Notes: generated from the sequence alone by a model not told the origin. Positions 1-10,019 are shown, counted from the first letter of the stretch. The stretch: DNA of 64,000 nucleotides from an uncultured archaeon (GCA_964549685.1 CAZJVE010000002.1:82859-146858), one strand, 5' to 3'. Translations and numbers: made by a program.

Positions 1-653
1 GCGACCCCTGCTCCCAGTGCAAGTACAGCGCAATCATAACCGGGCAGGCATCAACCTACCAGGAGGCCGAGGCGGATATGAGGAGCACGCAGATACTCCT
101 TGGCTCAGGGAACCTCCCGGCAAAGGCGACAATCGAGTCAAAGTCCGAGGTTCCGGCATCGTTAGGTGGAGAGTTCCTGAGATACAGCTTCATAATCGGA
201 ATCCTGGCAGTCTTTACCGTCGCTTTGGTTGTATTCCTTAGGTACAAGAGGCCGGAGATGGTCGTTCCAATAATGATGACCTCGCTCTCGGAGATAATCA
301 TCATCCTGGGCGTTGCCTCGTTGATAAGCTGGGAGCTCGACCTTCCCGCGGTTGCCGGAATCATAGCTGCAGTGGGAACCGGAGTCGACCACCAGATAAT
401 CATCACCGATGAAAGCATAAGCAGGAGGCACAGCGAACAAAAGAAGAAGCTCGTAAGCATCGTTGAGAGAATAAAGAGGGCGTTTTTCATAATATTCGTT
501 TCGGCGGCAACAACGATTGCCGTGATGATACCTGTATTCCTGATACAGTCGCTGAAGGGCTTTGCGTTAACAACGGCGGTAGGCGTATTCATCGGGATAA
601 TAATAACCCGGCCGGCTTACGCCAAGATAATAGAGGGGATTCTGAAAAGATAG
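1..653 (+). CDS. secD: Preprotein translocase subunit SecD (archaeal), 5'-truncated by the window
   Basis: Frame is open from the window start (DPCSQCKY...) into LGSGNLP...PASLG, followed by TM helices with AGIIAAVGTGVDHQIIITDE, typical of archaeal SecD. Confidence 0.88.
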   Translation, partial: DPCSQCKYSAIITGQASTYQEAEADMRSTQILLGSGNLPAKATIESKSEVPASLGGEFLRYSFIIGILAVFTVALVVFLRYKRPEMVVPIMMTSLSEIIIILGVASLISWELDLPAVAGIIAAVGTGVDHQIIITDESISRRHSEQKKKLVSIVERIKRAFFIIFVSAATTIAVMIPVFLIQSLKGFALTTAVGVFIGIIITRPAYAKIIEGILKR

Positions 654-698
654 GCCCATTTTTTATTCTCGATTACTATTCTTAATATCACTCCAAAA

Positions 699-1019
699 AT
701 GAAAGAACTCGAACAGATAAAGAAGGTCGAGGAGACGGTTGAAAAGTCCGTTGAGAAGGCTAGGAAGGATGCTGAGAAGAGGATTAACGACCTGAGGGCG
801 AGCAGGGGCACGAGACTGGAAAAGGCCAAGGAAAGCGCCGAGAAGAGCATGGACAAGAAGATAAAGGGCGCGAAAGAGAAGGCCGATGGCGAGGCAAAAA
901 GGCTAAACTCAGGGGTTGCCGGCGAGATATCCGAGCTTGAGAAACAGACCAAGAAGAATTTTAACAGTGCAGTTGACTTTATCGTGGACGAGTTCTCAAG
1001 GATAGGGGGCGGCGATTAA
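699..1019 (+). CDS. A/V-type ATP synthase subunit H (G-like stalk), coiled coil
   Basis: 106 aa K/E-rich coiled coil ending NFNSAVDFIV; directly upstream of subunit E. Confidence 0.7.
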   Translation: MKELEQIKKVEETVEKSVEKARKDAEKRINDLRASRGTRLEKAKESAEKSMDKKIKGAKEKADGEAKRLNSGVAGEISELEKQTKKNFNSAVDFIVDEFSRIGGGD

Positions 1020-1021
1020 AA

Positions 1022-1564
1022 ATGGCCTTTGAAAAAATCGAGAGCAAAATCAAGGAAAAGGGCAATGAAGAGGTTAAGGGAATCAAAGGCGAAGCCAAGA
1101 AAGAGATAGATGGCATAGAAAAGGACATAAAGACCGGGGAGGAAAAGGCCAACAAGAAGGTCATGGACAAGAGAAAACAGGAGTTCGAACTAATCCCGAA
1201 GAGAATAATCTCAAACGCCAGGATGGAGAGGAAGCTCCAGGTGGATTCAAAGAAGGCGGAGATAGTCCACAACGTCTTCGAGAGCGCGAAGAAAAAGATT
1301 CTCGACATGGACAGCAAGAAGAAGGAAAAGCTTCTGAAGAGCCTTGCCGAGGATGCAAAGAAGAGCGTCAGGGACCCGGTGCTCTACGTTGACAAGAAAT
1401 ACGCAAAGTTCATTGATGCAAAGGCCAAGGACATCGGCGATTTTGGTGTAATTGTCGAGAGCAAGGACGGCTCCATGAGAGTCGACAATACCCTGGACAA
1501 CCTGATGCTCAGAATGGAGCCCGACCTCAAGGCCAAGGTCGGCGGGATTCTATTTGGGGACTAA
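1022..1564 (+). CDS. atpE: A/V-type ATP synthase subunit E
   Basis: N-terminal coiled coil, GVIVESKDGSMRVDNTLD motif and C-terminal ILF. Confidence 0.85.
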   Translation: MAFEKIESKIKEKGNEEVKGIKGEAKKEIDGIEKDIKTGEEKANKKVMDKRKQEFELIPKRIISNARMERKLQVDSKKAEIVHNVFESAKKKILDMDSKKKEKLLKSLAEDAKKSVRDPVLYVDKKYAKFIDAKAKDIGDFGVIVESKDGSMRVDNTLDNLMLRMEPDLKAKVGGILFGD

Positions 1565-1575
1565 TAATCGTTTCT

Positions 1576-4500
1576 CTATGTGCAAAGAGGGATATCTGCT
1601 GTATCCATCCCCATATACGGTGAGAAGCACGTATCCGAGTCATAGTCGTCTATGCAGCCATCCTGATTCAGGTCATGGCTTGAAGTATAACCTGGATCGC
1701 CCGCGCATAAGTCCAGGCTTATTTGCATCGACAAATAATCAGCATAATCAACCTCTGCATCGCCGTTTAGGTCTGGACACAGCACGCATCCCGTAGCAAT
1801 GCTCGTAGTTGTTAGGGTGGTGCTTGTCGTAGTGCTCGAAGCCCCGCTACTCCACGCGTTTATCAGGTCTATTACATCCGCCAGATTCGCCTGGTCATTG
1901 GACCAGAGAGTTATCAGGTCTATCACTTCTGAGAGACTCACGTCACCACAGGGTGCGCTGTCGCCAACCAGAGTGCAGTCCCCCGATATTGTTGTGCTGG
2001 TGCTTGTCGTAGTTGTGGTTGTAGCGCCCTCCTCGGCACATTCTATCTTGGATACATTGACCCCCCACACCGTGATGGAGCCGTCCGAGTCAAAGACGAA
2101 CTTCATGTCGTCCGTTTCATAGTACTCGGTCCAGTTGTAGTCCCCCCCGCTCCAGGTGCCGTCTATCGTATCCAGGCTGGAGCCCTCGCCCGTTTTTATG
2201 TAGAGGTAGTCGTACCCCGACTCCGTAATCGCCTTCATATATGCCCTCATTGACGAGCCGGAGCTGCATTGATATTCATAGGAGGCGCAGTCCAGGTAAT
2301 TCGAATACGGGTGCGGCGTTTCGAATGCTATGCTATGCTGCCCCAGGCCAAAGGAGCCGCCCGAATCCATGCTGCAGCCCGATGCGATGGTGGACGTGGT
2401 CAAGACCGTCGTCGTGCTCGTTGATGTGGATGTTGTCGATGTGGTTGTTGTGCCATTTATTGATGTCGATGTTGAGCTCGTGGAGGTGCTGCTTGTTGAT
2501 GTGCTGCTGCTAGTGGATGTAGACGTCGTGGTAGTCCCGGTAACCGTAACCGCGGCATTGCTACTCCTTACTGTCTGAAGTTGCGGGTTTCCGCTGTTGT
2601 AGGTCCTTATATCTACGGTGTCAAGCGTTATGTTGCTGACTCCTGCACCTATCGCCTCGAATTTCGCGGACGCTATGCCGGTCCCGGAAGAAGATATGCC
2701 GTCCGTCGACCTGACTCTCAGGTACTGCACCGTCCCCTGGGTATTGTTTATGGTCGGTCCGACATCGGTATATGCGGTTGAGCTATCCGCAGTCAGGAAA
2801 TCCCCTATCGTTAGCGAGGTGGCGTTCAGGACGTCCGGGTCAAAGCCGAGATGAATCTCCACGCTGTATGCATCTGAAAGCTGGCTGCTGTTAATCTCGA
2901 CGGAGAAGGTGTCTCCAGCCACGGCGGCTACGCTCGAGGGGTCGATGCTCACGTCCAGCAGGATTGTGCTTGTGGTGCTCGTCGACGAGGTGCTGGTCGT
3001 GGTCGTCTGGTTTGTTATGCTTGTGGTGGTCGACATTGACGTGCTGGTAGAGGTCGTAGTGCTCGTGGACGTGGTAACAACGCTGCAGTCATACGTGCAT
3101 CCGGCCGTCCCGCTGTCGCTCCAGGTGCTCGGGTTGTCGCACGTATTCTCGTCCCCTGAATTCCCCGATGTGGTGCCTGAAAACTTGAAGTCTGACTCCG
3201 TATTACCGCAGATTCGGTTCGAATCCACGTCATTGAACATCGAATCATGGAAGCGGATTCCGTTCGTGTTGTTGGATATGGTGTTGTTGGCGATTGTGTT
3301 ACTGGAGGAGCTGCTGAAAGAGATTCCCTTGTCGAAGTCCGTGATGATGCAGTTCCTTATCTTGTTGCTGGCCCTGAGGTGCATGTAGATTCCGGTGCCG
3401 GAGGTGTCCCCGTCCCCGTCAATTTTGTAGTTCTGGCAGTCGAAGATTATGCCGCTCTCGCCGAACGTAATGCAACTGCCGTCCTGGTCGGTTATGTCCG
3501 CGCCGAGGTTCACGGTCGAATAGGTGCCGTCCAGCTTCGTGGTGCAGTCCGCACAGGAGGTGCAGGTATTCCCTGTCGATACGGTCGTTGTCGTTGAGGT
3601 CAAGCTCGTGCTTGTAGATGTTGACGTGCTCGTCGATGTACTGGTCGAGGTGGATGTCGACGTCGTGCTACTACTACTGGTCGTCGTAGTGCCAGACGTA
3701 ACGACGCTGAATGCAAGGTCGTCATCATCTCCGTAGGTTCCGGTATAGCAGCTGCTTCCGCCACCCCACTTCCAGCCGATTATCGCCCTCACGTATTGGG
3801 TGCTACTGGCGTCATCCACGGTAAAGCTCGTGGAGTAAGTTCCTGTGGTTCCGGGGTAATCGCACTGGGAGTCTATAAGGAGCACTCTCCAGCCAGTGCC
3901 GTTATAATACCATATCTCTACTCTGTCATTGGAATCATAGCACTCCACCAGGACCTCCACGTTAACGGTGTCCCCCGCATTCACTCCGCAGGAGGAGCCC
4001 ACGTTCGTAAGGGTAATCCCCTCTATGTCGTCCTCGCCGTTGCAGCTCGCCGCCCCGGCGCAGGAATCCGCCAGGATATTGTCGGTGCAGCCGTTGCTCC
4101 CAAGGCACGCGCTCCCGCACTGGCACTGCGTAACTACGGTTGAGGTCGTGCTTGTAGAGCTAGTAGTTGATGTTGTCGTGCTGGTAGAAGACGTGCTGCT
4201 GGACGTTGTCTGGGTTATCGTGCTAGTGGTGCTGGTCGAACTCGTGCTAGTGGTGCTGTAGCAGTTAATCGTCTCGACATCGATGCCCCAGTCTGTTTGA
4301 GAACCGTCGGATGTGAACCTGAACTGGATGCTCCTCGTGTTGGGGTGCTCCCTCCATACGTAGCCCTGTGAATCCCCGCACCAGTACGTGCTTGTGCCGG
4401 TGTCGGCGTTTATTATGTAGAACTTGTCATAATTGCACGTGGAATGGTACTCAATATCGTGCTTTACATAGACCTTTCCGTAGTAGCTGGATGGGCAGGT

Positions 4501-6882
4501 ATAGGTGTTCGAAGAGCAATCCATGTTGTTGGGATAAGTGTGCGGGGTCTGGAAATCGATTGTATTGTCCCCGGCGCTCAGGCTTGCTGATGCAGAGGAG
4601 GTACACGACAGGATAGAGGTCGTGGTCGAGGTTGTCGTGGATGTGGTGGTTGTACTTGAGGTAGAGCTTGAGGAGGGGCAGTCCGCCTCGCAGTTGCCCG
4701 TGGTCTCGGCATTTGTAGCAGAGGAATCGCAGGTGCCGTCGCCGCAGTATTTCAGCTCATAGGTGAAGTCGAACAGCTCACCGCCGCCGTCTTCATATAC
4801 ATGGGCCGCAATGCTTATATCGCAGCCGGAAGAGCAGTACTCTTTACTGGTTATGTCGTTCCATGCATCGCTGTCCGCGCTGCCCGTGCACGTGGTGGCA
4901 CAGCCCCCCACGTAATTCGTTCCGCTGCAGTTCCCGCCTTCGTAGAGATCCGGGCTGGAGGATTCGTCGTTGTTGGAATCAATCCAGAGCTTATAGCCGT
5001 CGTCGGATGCGACCCTGTAGCTCAGATTGGCCAACCGCCCCGGGACATTAATGGTCTTCCTGTAGAATTTATCGCAGTGGTCGCAGTTCTCGTCCCACTC
5101 GTCTTTCAGGTCCACGTCGCTCCAGCAGGAGTCGTCATAGTTGAGCTCGTACCAGTAGTCATAGCCGCCGTCCCTCATGACCTCGTTATCGGAATACTCG
5201 TCGCACTGGTCGTTGTCCGCGTCGTATCTCACCGCCTTCCAGCCGCACCTCGGGTCTGTGGGATTCGTCAAGCACCAGGACTTCGAGTTCGTGACGGTGC
5301 CTACGCACTCCCCGTTGCAGCTAGCCCACCTCGTGGAATCGTTAACCGCGCAGTCGCTTCCGTCTATGGTGCCATCATCATCACAGTCGGAATCCTCGGG
5401 GCACGGGTCGTTCATGTTGGAGAGGCCGTCGCTGTCCAGGTCCGTGGAGTACGAGGTGTCGGTGTTTATCATCTCGTGGTTAGAGGCGACGGCATAGTAC
5501 TCAAAGCCGTTCTCCAGTGTGTAGGGGTAGGGGACCCCCACCCTGAGCCAGTATATTCCGTTCTCGCTGACCTGGTAATGGACGTGCTCCACGTTGTTCT
5601 TGGTGCTTCTCGAGGAGCTTATGAGGTTGTAATCGCCGTCGTAGAGGTAAAGATTAAAGTTGGTCAGGGATGCCGGGGTTCCTTTATAGCTCGAGACGTT
5701 GCGCCTCCAGACAAGCGTTGCCGTGATATTGGCGGGGGCGTCAGTCACGTAGACCTTATGGTACCTGTCGGTTGTGTCAGAGGCCAGTCTGGCATGCAGC
5801 TTGTAGCCTGACGGCTCCGTTGTCGCCCTGCTACTGTAGGTTGCGAGCGCCTCCACCGCGTCCACGAGCCCCGCCCCCTGCCACTGGTCCAGGGGGTCGG
5901 TGGTTGTATGCGACCAGCCACTCAGCTTCGTTGCAGAGTTCATGATTGCGGCCTTCATAAGGACCGGGTCGTTCGTCTGGCTATTCGTCTCAGCCCAGCT
6001 GAAGAGAAGCGCTGCCACGCCCGAGACGTGGGGGGTGGCCTGGCTGGTGCCTGTCCTGGGCGCGATGCTGTCTTCGGTTTCCCAGTCATTGTTGGACGAC
6101 CATATCTCCTTCCCCGGCGCCACAACATCGACCGTCGTTCTGCCGTCGTCCGTCTTGCCGTGGCCGCTCTCGTTGTCCGGAGAACAGCTATCAGCATCAC
6201 TACAACTTAGCACTGAGCCCACGGTAATGGCGTTGTAGTTGTCCCCCGGCGCCTCGATGTGCGAGTCCGGATTGTGCGTCTGGTCCCAGTTGCCTGCAGC
6301 GGTGACGAAGATGGTATCTCTCCCATACGATATATAGTCCACGAGTTGCGTCAGGTTAGAGCTGCCTGTCGTGCTCAGTTCGTCATAGTAGCGGCCCTGG
6401 CTCAGGCTGATTATCTCTGCGCTATTCGGGTAGTCTATGGCCCAGTTAATCCCGGCATAGAGGTAATCCCAGAGCCCAAATGCGGTTGAGGCCTGGACGT
6501 CTATTATCCCGGCGTAGGGTGCCACTCCCTTGTAGCTGCTGTCCTGGCTGACGATAATCCCTGCGACGTGGGTCCCGTGCCCCTCAATGTCCCCCTCGTG
6601 CCCGTCGGGGTCCGTGTTATTGTAGAAACTCCCCCAGTTGAGGACGGCGTTGATGTCGGGGTGGCTCCTGTCAATTCCTGTGTCGACGACCGCCACCGTG
6701 GTAACTAGTCCTCCGGACGTATTATCCTGGATTTCATCTGCTCTGATTAGGGATACTGACTCAATCAGACTTGTCTTGATTCCGCCTTCATCAGACACGT
6801 CGCCGGCATCTTCAACACCGACAACACCGCAGCTAAGAACCAATATACTGACTGCAAGAATGAATAAAACACCCTGTTTCAT
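1576..6882 (-). CDS. Secreted multidomain S8 subtilase: S8 + PPC-like + Ca-binding TSP3-like repeats + beta-sandwich + CUB x2 + beta-helix + cohesin-like + short dockerin-like module + canonical dockerin
   Basis: Signal peptide; triad VAVVDTG / HGTHVAG / GTSQATPHVSG and oxyanion AAGN; Thr/Ser linkers; C-terminal DLNGDAEVDYAD...DLNQDGCIDDYD. ATG at 6882 preferred over TTG at 6891. Confidence 0.9.
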   Translation of the reverse strand: MKQGVLFILAVSILVLSCGVVGVEDAGDVSDEGGIKTSLIESVSLIRADEIQDNTSGGLVTTVAVVDTGIDRSHPDINAVLNWGSFYNNTDPDGHEGDIEGHGTHVAGIIVSQDSSYKGVAPYAGIIDVQASTAFGLWDYLYAGINWAIDYPNSAEIISLSQGRYYDELSTTGSSNLTQLVDYISYGRDTIFVTAAGNWDQTHNPDSHIEAPGDNYNAITVGSVLSCSDADSCSPDNESGHGKTDDGRTTVDVVAPGKEIWSSNNDWETEDSIAPRTGTSQATPHVSGVAALLFSWAETNSQTNDPVLMKAAIMNSATKLSGWSHTTTDPLDQWQGAGLVDAVEALATYSSRATTEPSGYKLHARLASDTTDRYHKVYVTDAPANITATLVWRRNVSSYKGTPASLTNFNLYLYDGDYNLISSSRSTKNNVEHVHYQVSENGIYWLRVGVPYPYTLENGFEYYAVASNHEMINTDTSYSTDLDSDGLSNMNDPCPEDSDCDDDGTIDGSDCAVNDSTRWASCNGECVGTVTNSKSWCLTNPTDPRCGWKAVRYDADNDQCDEYSDNEVMRDGGYDYWYELNYDDSCWSDVDLKDEWDENCDHCDKFYRKTINVPGRLANLSYRVASDDGYKLWIDSNNDESSSPDLYEGGNCSGTNYVGGCATTCTGSADSDAWNDITSKEYCSSGCDISIAAHVYEDGGGELFDFTYELKYCGDGTCDSSATNAETTGNCEADCPSSSSTSSTTTTSTTTSTTTSILSCTSSASASLSAGDNTIDFQTPHTYPNNMDCSSNTYTCPSSYYGKVYVKHDIEYHSTCNYDKFYIINADTGTSTYWCGDSQGYVWREHPNTRSIQFRFTSDGSQTDWGIDVETINCYSTTSTSSTSTTSTITQTTSSSTSSTSTTTSTTSSTSTTSTVVTQCQCGSACLGSNGCTDNILADSCAGAASCNGEDDIEGITLTNVGSSCGVNAGDTVNVEVLVECYDSNDRVEIWYYNGTGWRVLLIDSQCDYPGTTGTYSTSFTVDDASSTQYVRAIIGWKWGGGSSCYTGTYGDDDDLAFSVVTSGTTTTSSSSTTSTSTSTSTSTSTSTSTSTSLTSTTTTVSTGNTCTSCADCTTKLDGTYSTVNLGADITDQDGSCITFGESGIIFDCQNYKIDGDGDTSGTGIYMHLRASNKIRNCIITDFDKGISFSSSSSNTIANNTISNNTNGIRFHDSMFNDVDSNRICGNTESDFKFSGTTSGNSGDENTCDNPSTWSDSGTAGCTYDCSVVTTSTSTTTSTSTSMSTTTSITNQTTTTSTSSTSTTSTILLDVSIDPSSVAAVAGDTFSVEINSSQLSDAYSVEIHLGFDPDVLNATSLTIGDFLTADSSTAYTDVGPTINNTQGTVQYLRVRSTDGISSSGTGIASAKFEAIGAGVSNITLDTVDIRTYNSGNPQLQTVRSSNAAVTVTGTTTTSTSTSSSTSTSSTSTSSTSTSINGTTTTSTTSTSTSTTTVLTTSTIASGCSMDSGGSFGLGQHSIAFETPHPYSNYLDCASYEYQCSSGSSMRAYMKAITESGYDYLYIKTGEGSSLDTIDGTWSGGDYNWTEYYETDDMKFVFDSDGSITVWGVNVSKIECAEEGATTTTTTSTSTTISGDCTLVGDSAPCGDVSLSEVIDLITLWSNDQANLADVIDLINAWSSGASSTTTSTTLTTTSIATGCVLCPDLNGDAEVDYADYLSMQISLDLCAGDPGYTSSHDLNQDGCIDDYDSDTCFSPYMGMDTADIPLCT

Positions 6883-6926
6883 TTTATTCAATTAAGGATT
6901 GGTTCCAGCACTATAAATCCTTATTG
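6883..6926 (-). promoter_or_regulatory. Putative archaeal promoter (TTTATAG box) shared with the paralogous protease gene
   Basis: Minus strand AATAAGGATTTATAG...AATCCTTAATTGAATAAAATG; near copy upstream of 10019. Confidence 0.5.
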
Positions 6927-6938
6927 ATTCGCTGCTGT

Positions 6939-9900
6939 CTAGCCCGAGGACCAGGCACTTATCAGGTCTATCACGTCCGCAAGGCTTGCGCCGTCCGCTG
7001 CCCACAGGCTTATCAGGTCGATTACTTCTGCCAGACCCACTTCGCCGCAGGGCGGGTCGTCTCCTACTAGGTCACAGCCCCCGGATATTGTGGTGCTGGT
7101 CGATGTCGTGCTTGTCGTCGTTCCTGCTATTGTCGTAGAGGTACTCGTGCTGGTTGATGTCGTAGTAGTCGCGCTGCACGCATAGGTGCATCCGGTCGTC
7201 CCGTCGTCGCTCCAGTCTCCCGGAATATCGCATGTGTTCTCATCGCCTGAGTTCCCTGAGTTGCTGCCCGAGAACGAGAAATCAGCCTCGGTGTTGGAAC
7301 AGACGGTGTTGGAATTCACCGTGTTGTACATGGCGCTCGAGAAACGGATTCCCTCAACGTTATTTGATACGGTATTGTTAACAAGGGTGCTGAAAGACGT
7401 GGAGCTGAGCAATATCCCCTTGTCAAACCCGGTAATGACGCAGTTTCTTATGGTACTGTCCGATTTCAAATGCAAATAGATTCCCGTTCCATAATCGTCT
7501 CCGTCCCCGTCGATTGTATGGCCCTGGCAGTCGAACTCTATATTGCCGTCGCTGAATGTGATGCAGTTCCCGTCCTTGTTCGATATGCTCGCAGTCAGCT
7601 GAACCGTGGAGTAGGTCCCGTCCAGCTTCGCGTTGCAGCCGGAGCATGAGCTGCAAGTATTCCCTGCTGACAATGTGGTGGTGGTCGATGTCGACGTAGT
7701 CGAGGTGGTCAATGTGCTGCTGGTTGACGTCGTTGTGCTGGTTGTTGTTGCGCCGGCGCAGGTATAGCTGCATCCCGTAACTCCTGTGTCGTTCCATCCA
7801 GCTACCGTGTCGCAGCTATTCTCGTCGCCGGAATTATCCGTGCCGTTGGCGAAGTAAAAATCCTCCTGCGTGTTGGAGCAGAAGCGGTTCGAACTTATGG
7901 TGTTGTTATCGGAGTTATAGATGCGGATTCCGTTTATGCCATTGGACTGTGCGGTGTTTGCCGTAATTGTATTATTGTCGGCTGATGTCCCAACGAACAT
8001 TCCCTGCCAGGTGTTCGAGTTCATGGTGTTGTTGGTTATCGTGTTGTAGCTGCCGCCGACATAAATCCCCCGGTATGTGTTGGAGTTTGCGGTGTTGTTG
8101 GCGATGGTATGGTAGTCGGACAGGAGAGACAGGTATATTCCGCCGTCGTTGTTTGATGCGTTGTTGTCCGTAATCGTGGCGCCGTCTGAATAGTATACAT
8201 AAATCCCATTCCCGCTGTTTGAGGTTAGGGTGTTGTTCAAAATGGTGTTGTTGTTCGAGCCATAGAGGTAGATGCCGTCTGAGAAACCAGTAATTATGCA
8301 GTTCCTCACGGTGTTGTTGTCTTTATAGAGCATGAATATTCCGTCATTTATGCCCGAACTGTCAATTGTATAGCCCTGGCAGTCGAACTCGACGTTGTCG
8401 GAATTGAAGGTGATGCATCTGCTGGGGTAATCTGTTATGTTCGTGGTCAGCTTAACCACAGTGTAGTTCCCGTCGAGCTTGTTGCTGCAATCCTCGCATG
8501 AGCTACAGGTCGTTTCCAACTGCCATGCGCTTGAGTTCAACGGATAATAATCTGCAGTATTATTCACTCCGTCCCCATCACAATCAGTGCAGTAGGTCAG
8601 GTCATAGTCCAGCATCGGCTTGTTGCTGGCGAGAGCATAGTATTCGAAGCCGTTCTCCAAGGCACCGCCATAGACATCGACGTTGAGCCAGTATATCCCG
8701 TTCTCAGTGGCCTCATAGTAAACGTGCTCCACATTGTCCTTGTTGCTCGCGGACCAGTTGAGCATCTCGTTCATGTCTCCGTCATAAAGATAGAGGTCGA
8801 AGTCCGTCAAATCTGCAGGAGTAAGATTGTAGTTGGTAACATTCCTCCTCCAGACAATGGTTGCCGTGATGTTCGTCGGGGCATCGTCCACATAGACTCG
8901 GGTATACCTGTCCGAGGCATTGTAGACAAGCCTTGAGTGCAGCAGGTAGCCCGTGGGGTCTGTCGACGGCCTGCTTATATAAGTCCTGTATGCATCAACG
9001 GCATTCAGAAGCCCGGCCCCCTGCGTCCTGTCCAGGGGCTCAAGGTGTGTATGGCTCCATCCCGACAGCTTCGTCGCAGAGTTCATGATTGCGGCCTTCA
9101 TAAGGACCGGGTCATTCGTTTTCGAATTCAAATCTCCCCAGTGGAAGAGCATTGCAGCAACCCCCGACACATGGGGCGTTGCCTGGCTCGTTCCGCTCTT
9201 CGTGGTATAATCGTCTATCTCCTCAGGCCAATCGCTCCAGTTATAGTTGCAGGACCATATGTCGTCCCCGGGCGCCAGGACGTCTATCTTCGTCCTGCCG
9301 TCATCCGTTACATTCCTTCCGCTGTCACTGTCCAGGGCCAGGCCCTTTGTCACCGAACCCACCGTGATTCCGTTATAGTTGTCCCCCGGAGCCTCGATGT
9401 GCGAATCTGGATTGTTCGTCGAGTCCCTGTTGCCTGCGCAGACTATGAACGGAGTATTCCTCTGATATGCGATGTAATCCACGAATTTTGTAAGCTCAAA
9501 ATTGCCTGTCGTGCTGACCTCGACATAGGACCGTGCCTGGCTCATGCTTATTATGTTCGCGCCGTTGTCTATGGCCCAGTTCACTCCCGCATAGAGGTAT
9601 TTCACTGCGTCATCCAGCTCCGTTATCGAGGCCTTCACGTTTATTATGTCTGCATTCGGAGCCACCCCTGGGTAAAGGTCGTCCTGGCTCGCGATAATGC
9701 ACGCGACATGCGTTCCGTGTCCCTGAATATCCTCGGTGCTCCCGTCGGGGTCCGCATCGGTATAGAAGTTCCCTCCATTAACAAGATTATTATCGATAGC
9801 GGGGTGCGTGCTGTTGACTCCCGTATCTACGACAGCGACCGTAGCCAGAGAAGCCCCCGATACGTTGCTCGTAATCTCATCGGCCCTGATAAGCCCCACG

Positions 9901-10019
9901 GAATTATCCAGGGCGGTCTTGATTCCTCCCCTGGACGCATCGTTGGAGTTCTCGGCACTGAAAGCACCGTAGCTCAGGACTATCAAACAAACCAGAACAA
10001 ATAAGTTCCTGTTTTTCAT
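6939..10019 (-). CDS. Secreted S8 subtilase with two beta-helix (NosD/CASH-like) modules and a C-terminal dockerin-like module
   Basis: Paralogue of the neighbouring protease (VAVVDTG, HGTHVAC, GTSQATPHVSG); GI-x-L-x-x-S-x-N repeats; ends CDLVGDDPPCGEVGLAEVIDLISLW...LADVIDLISAW. Confidence 0.9.
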   Translation of the reverse strand: MKNRNLFVLVCLIVLSYGAFSAENSNDASRGGIKTALDNSVGLIRADEITSNVSGASLATVAVVDTGVNSTHPAIDNNLVNGGNFYTDADPDGSTEDIQGHGTHVACIIASQDDLYPGVAPNADIINVKASITELDDAVKYLYAGVNWAIDNGANIISMSQARSYVEVSTTGNFELTKFVDYIAYQRNTPFIVCAGNRDSTNNPDSHIEAPGDNYNGITVGSVTKGLALDSDSGRNVTDDGRTKIDVLAPGDDIWSCNYNWSDWPEEIDDYTTKSGTSQATPHVSGVAAMLFHWGDLNSKTNDPVLMKAAIMNSATKLSGWSHTHLEPLDRTQGAGLLNAVDAYRTYISRPSTDPTGYLLHSRLVYNASDRYTRVYVDDAPTNITATIVWRRNVTNYNLTPADLTDFDLYLYDGDMNEMLNWSASNKDNVEHVYYEATENGIYWLNVDVYGGALENGFEYYALASNKPMLDYDLTYCTDCDGDGVNNTADYYPLNSSAWQLETTCSSCEDCSNKLDGNYTVVKLTTNITDYPSRCITFNSDNVEFDCQGYTIDSSGINDGIFMLYKDNNTVRNCIITGFSDGIYLYGSNNNTILNNTLTSNSGNGIYVYYSDGATITDNNASNNDGGIYLSLLSDYHTIANNTANSNTYRGIYVGGSYNTITNNTMNSNTWQGMFVGTSADNNTITANTAQSNGINGIRIYNSDNNTISSNRFCSNTQEDFYFANGTDNSGDENSCDTVAGWNDTGVTGCSYTCAGATTTSTTTSTSSTLTTSTTSTSTTTTLSAGNTCSSCSGCNAKLDGTYSTVQLTASISNKDGNCITFSDGNIEFDCQGHTIDGDGDDYGTGIYLHLKSDSTIRNCVITGFDKGILLSSTSFSTLVNNTVSNNVEGIRFSSAMYNTVNSNTVCSNTEADFSFSGSNSGNSGDENTCDIPGDWSDDGTTGCTYACSATTTTSTSTSTSTTIAGTTTSTTSTSTTISGGCDLVGDDPPCGEVGLAEVIDLISLWAADGASLADVIDLISAWSSG

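Noticed and set aside
1799-4762. Many Val-rich plus-strand ORFs (VVVVDV...), also at 23609-24058 and 60830-61240
   Set aside because: They are antisense shadows of Thr/Ser linker codons in the real genes
4801-5811. Long antisense ORFs (336 aa here; also 8937-10004 and 15287-16330)
   Set aside because: They fully overlap well-supported genes on the opposite strand and show no motifs
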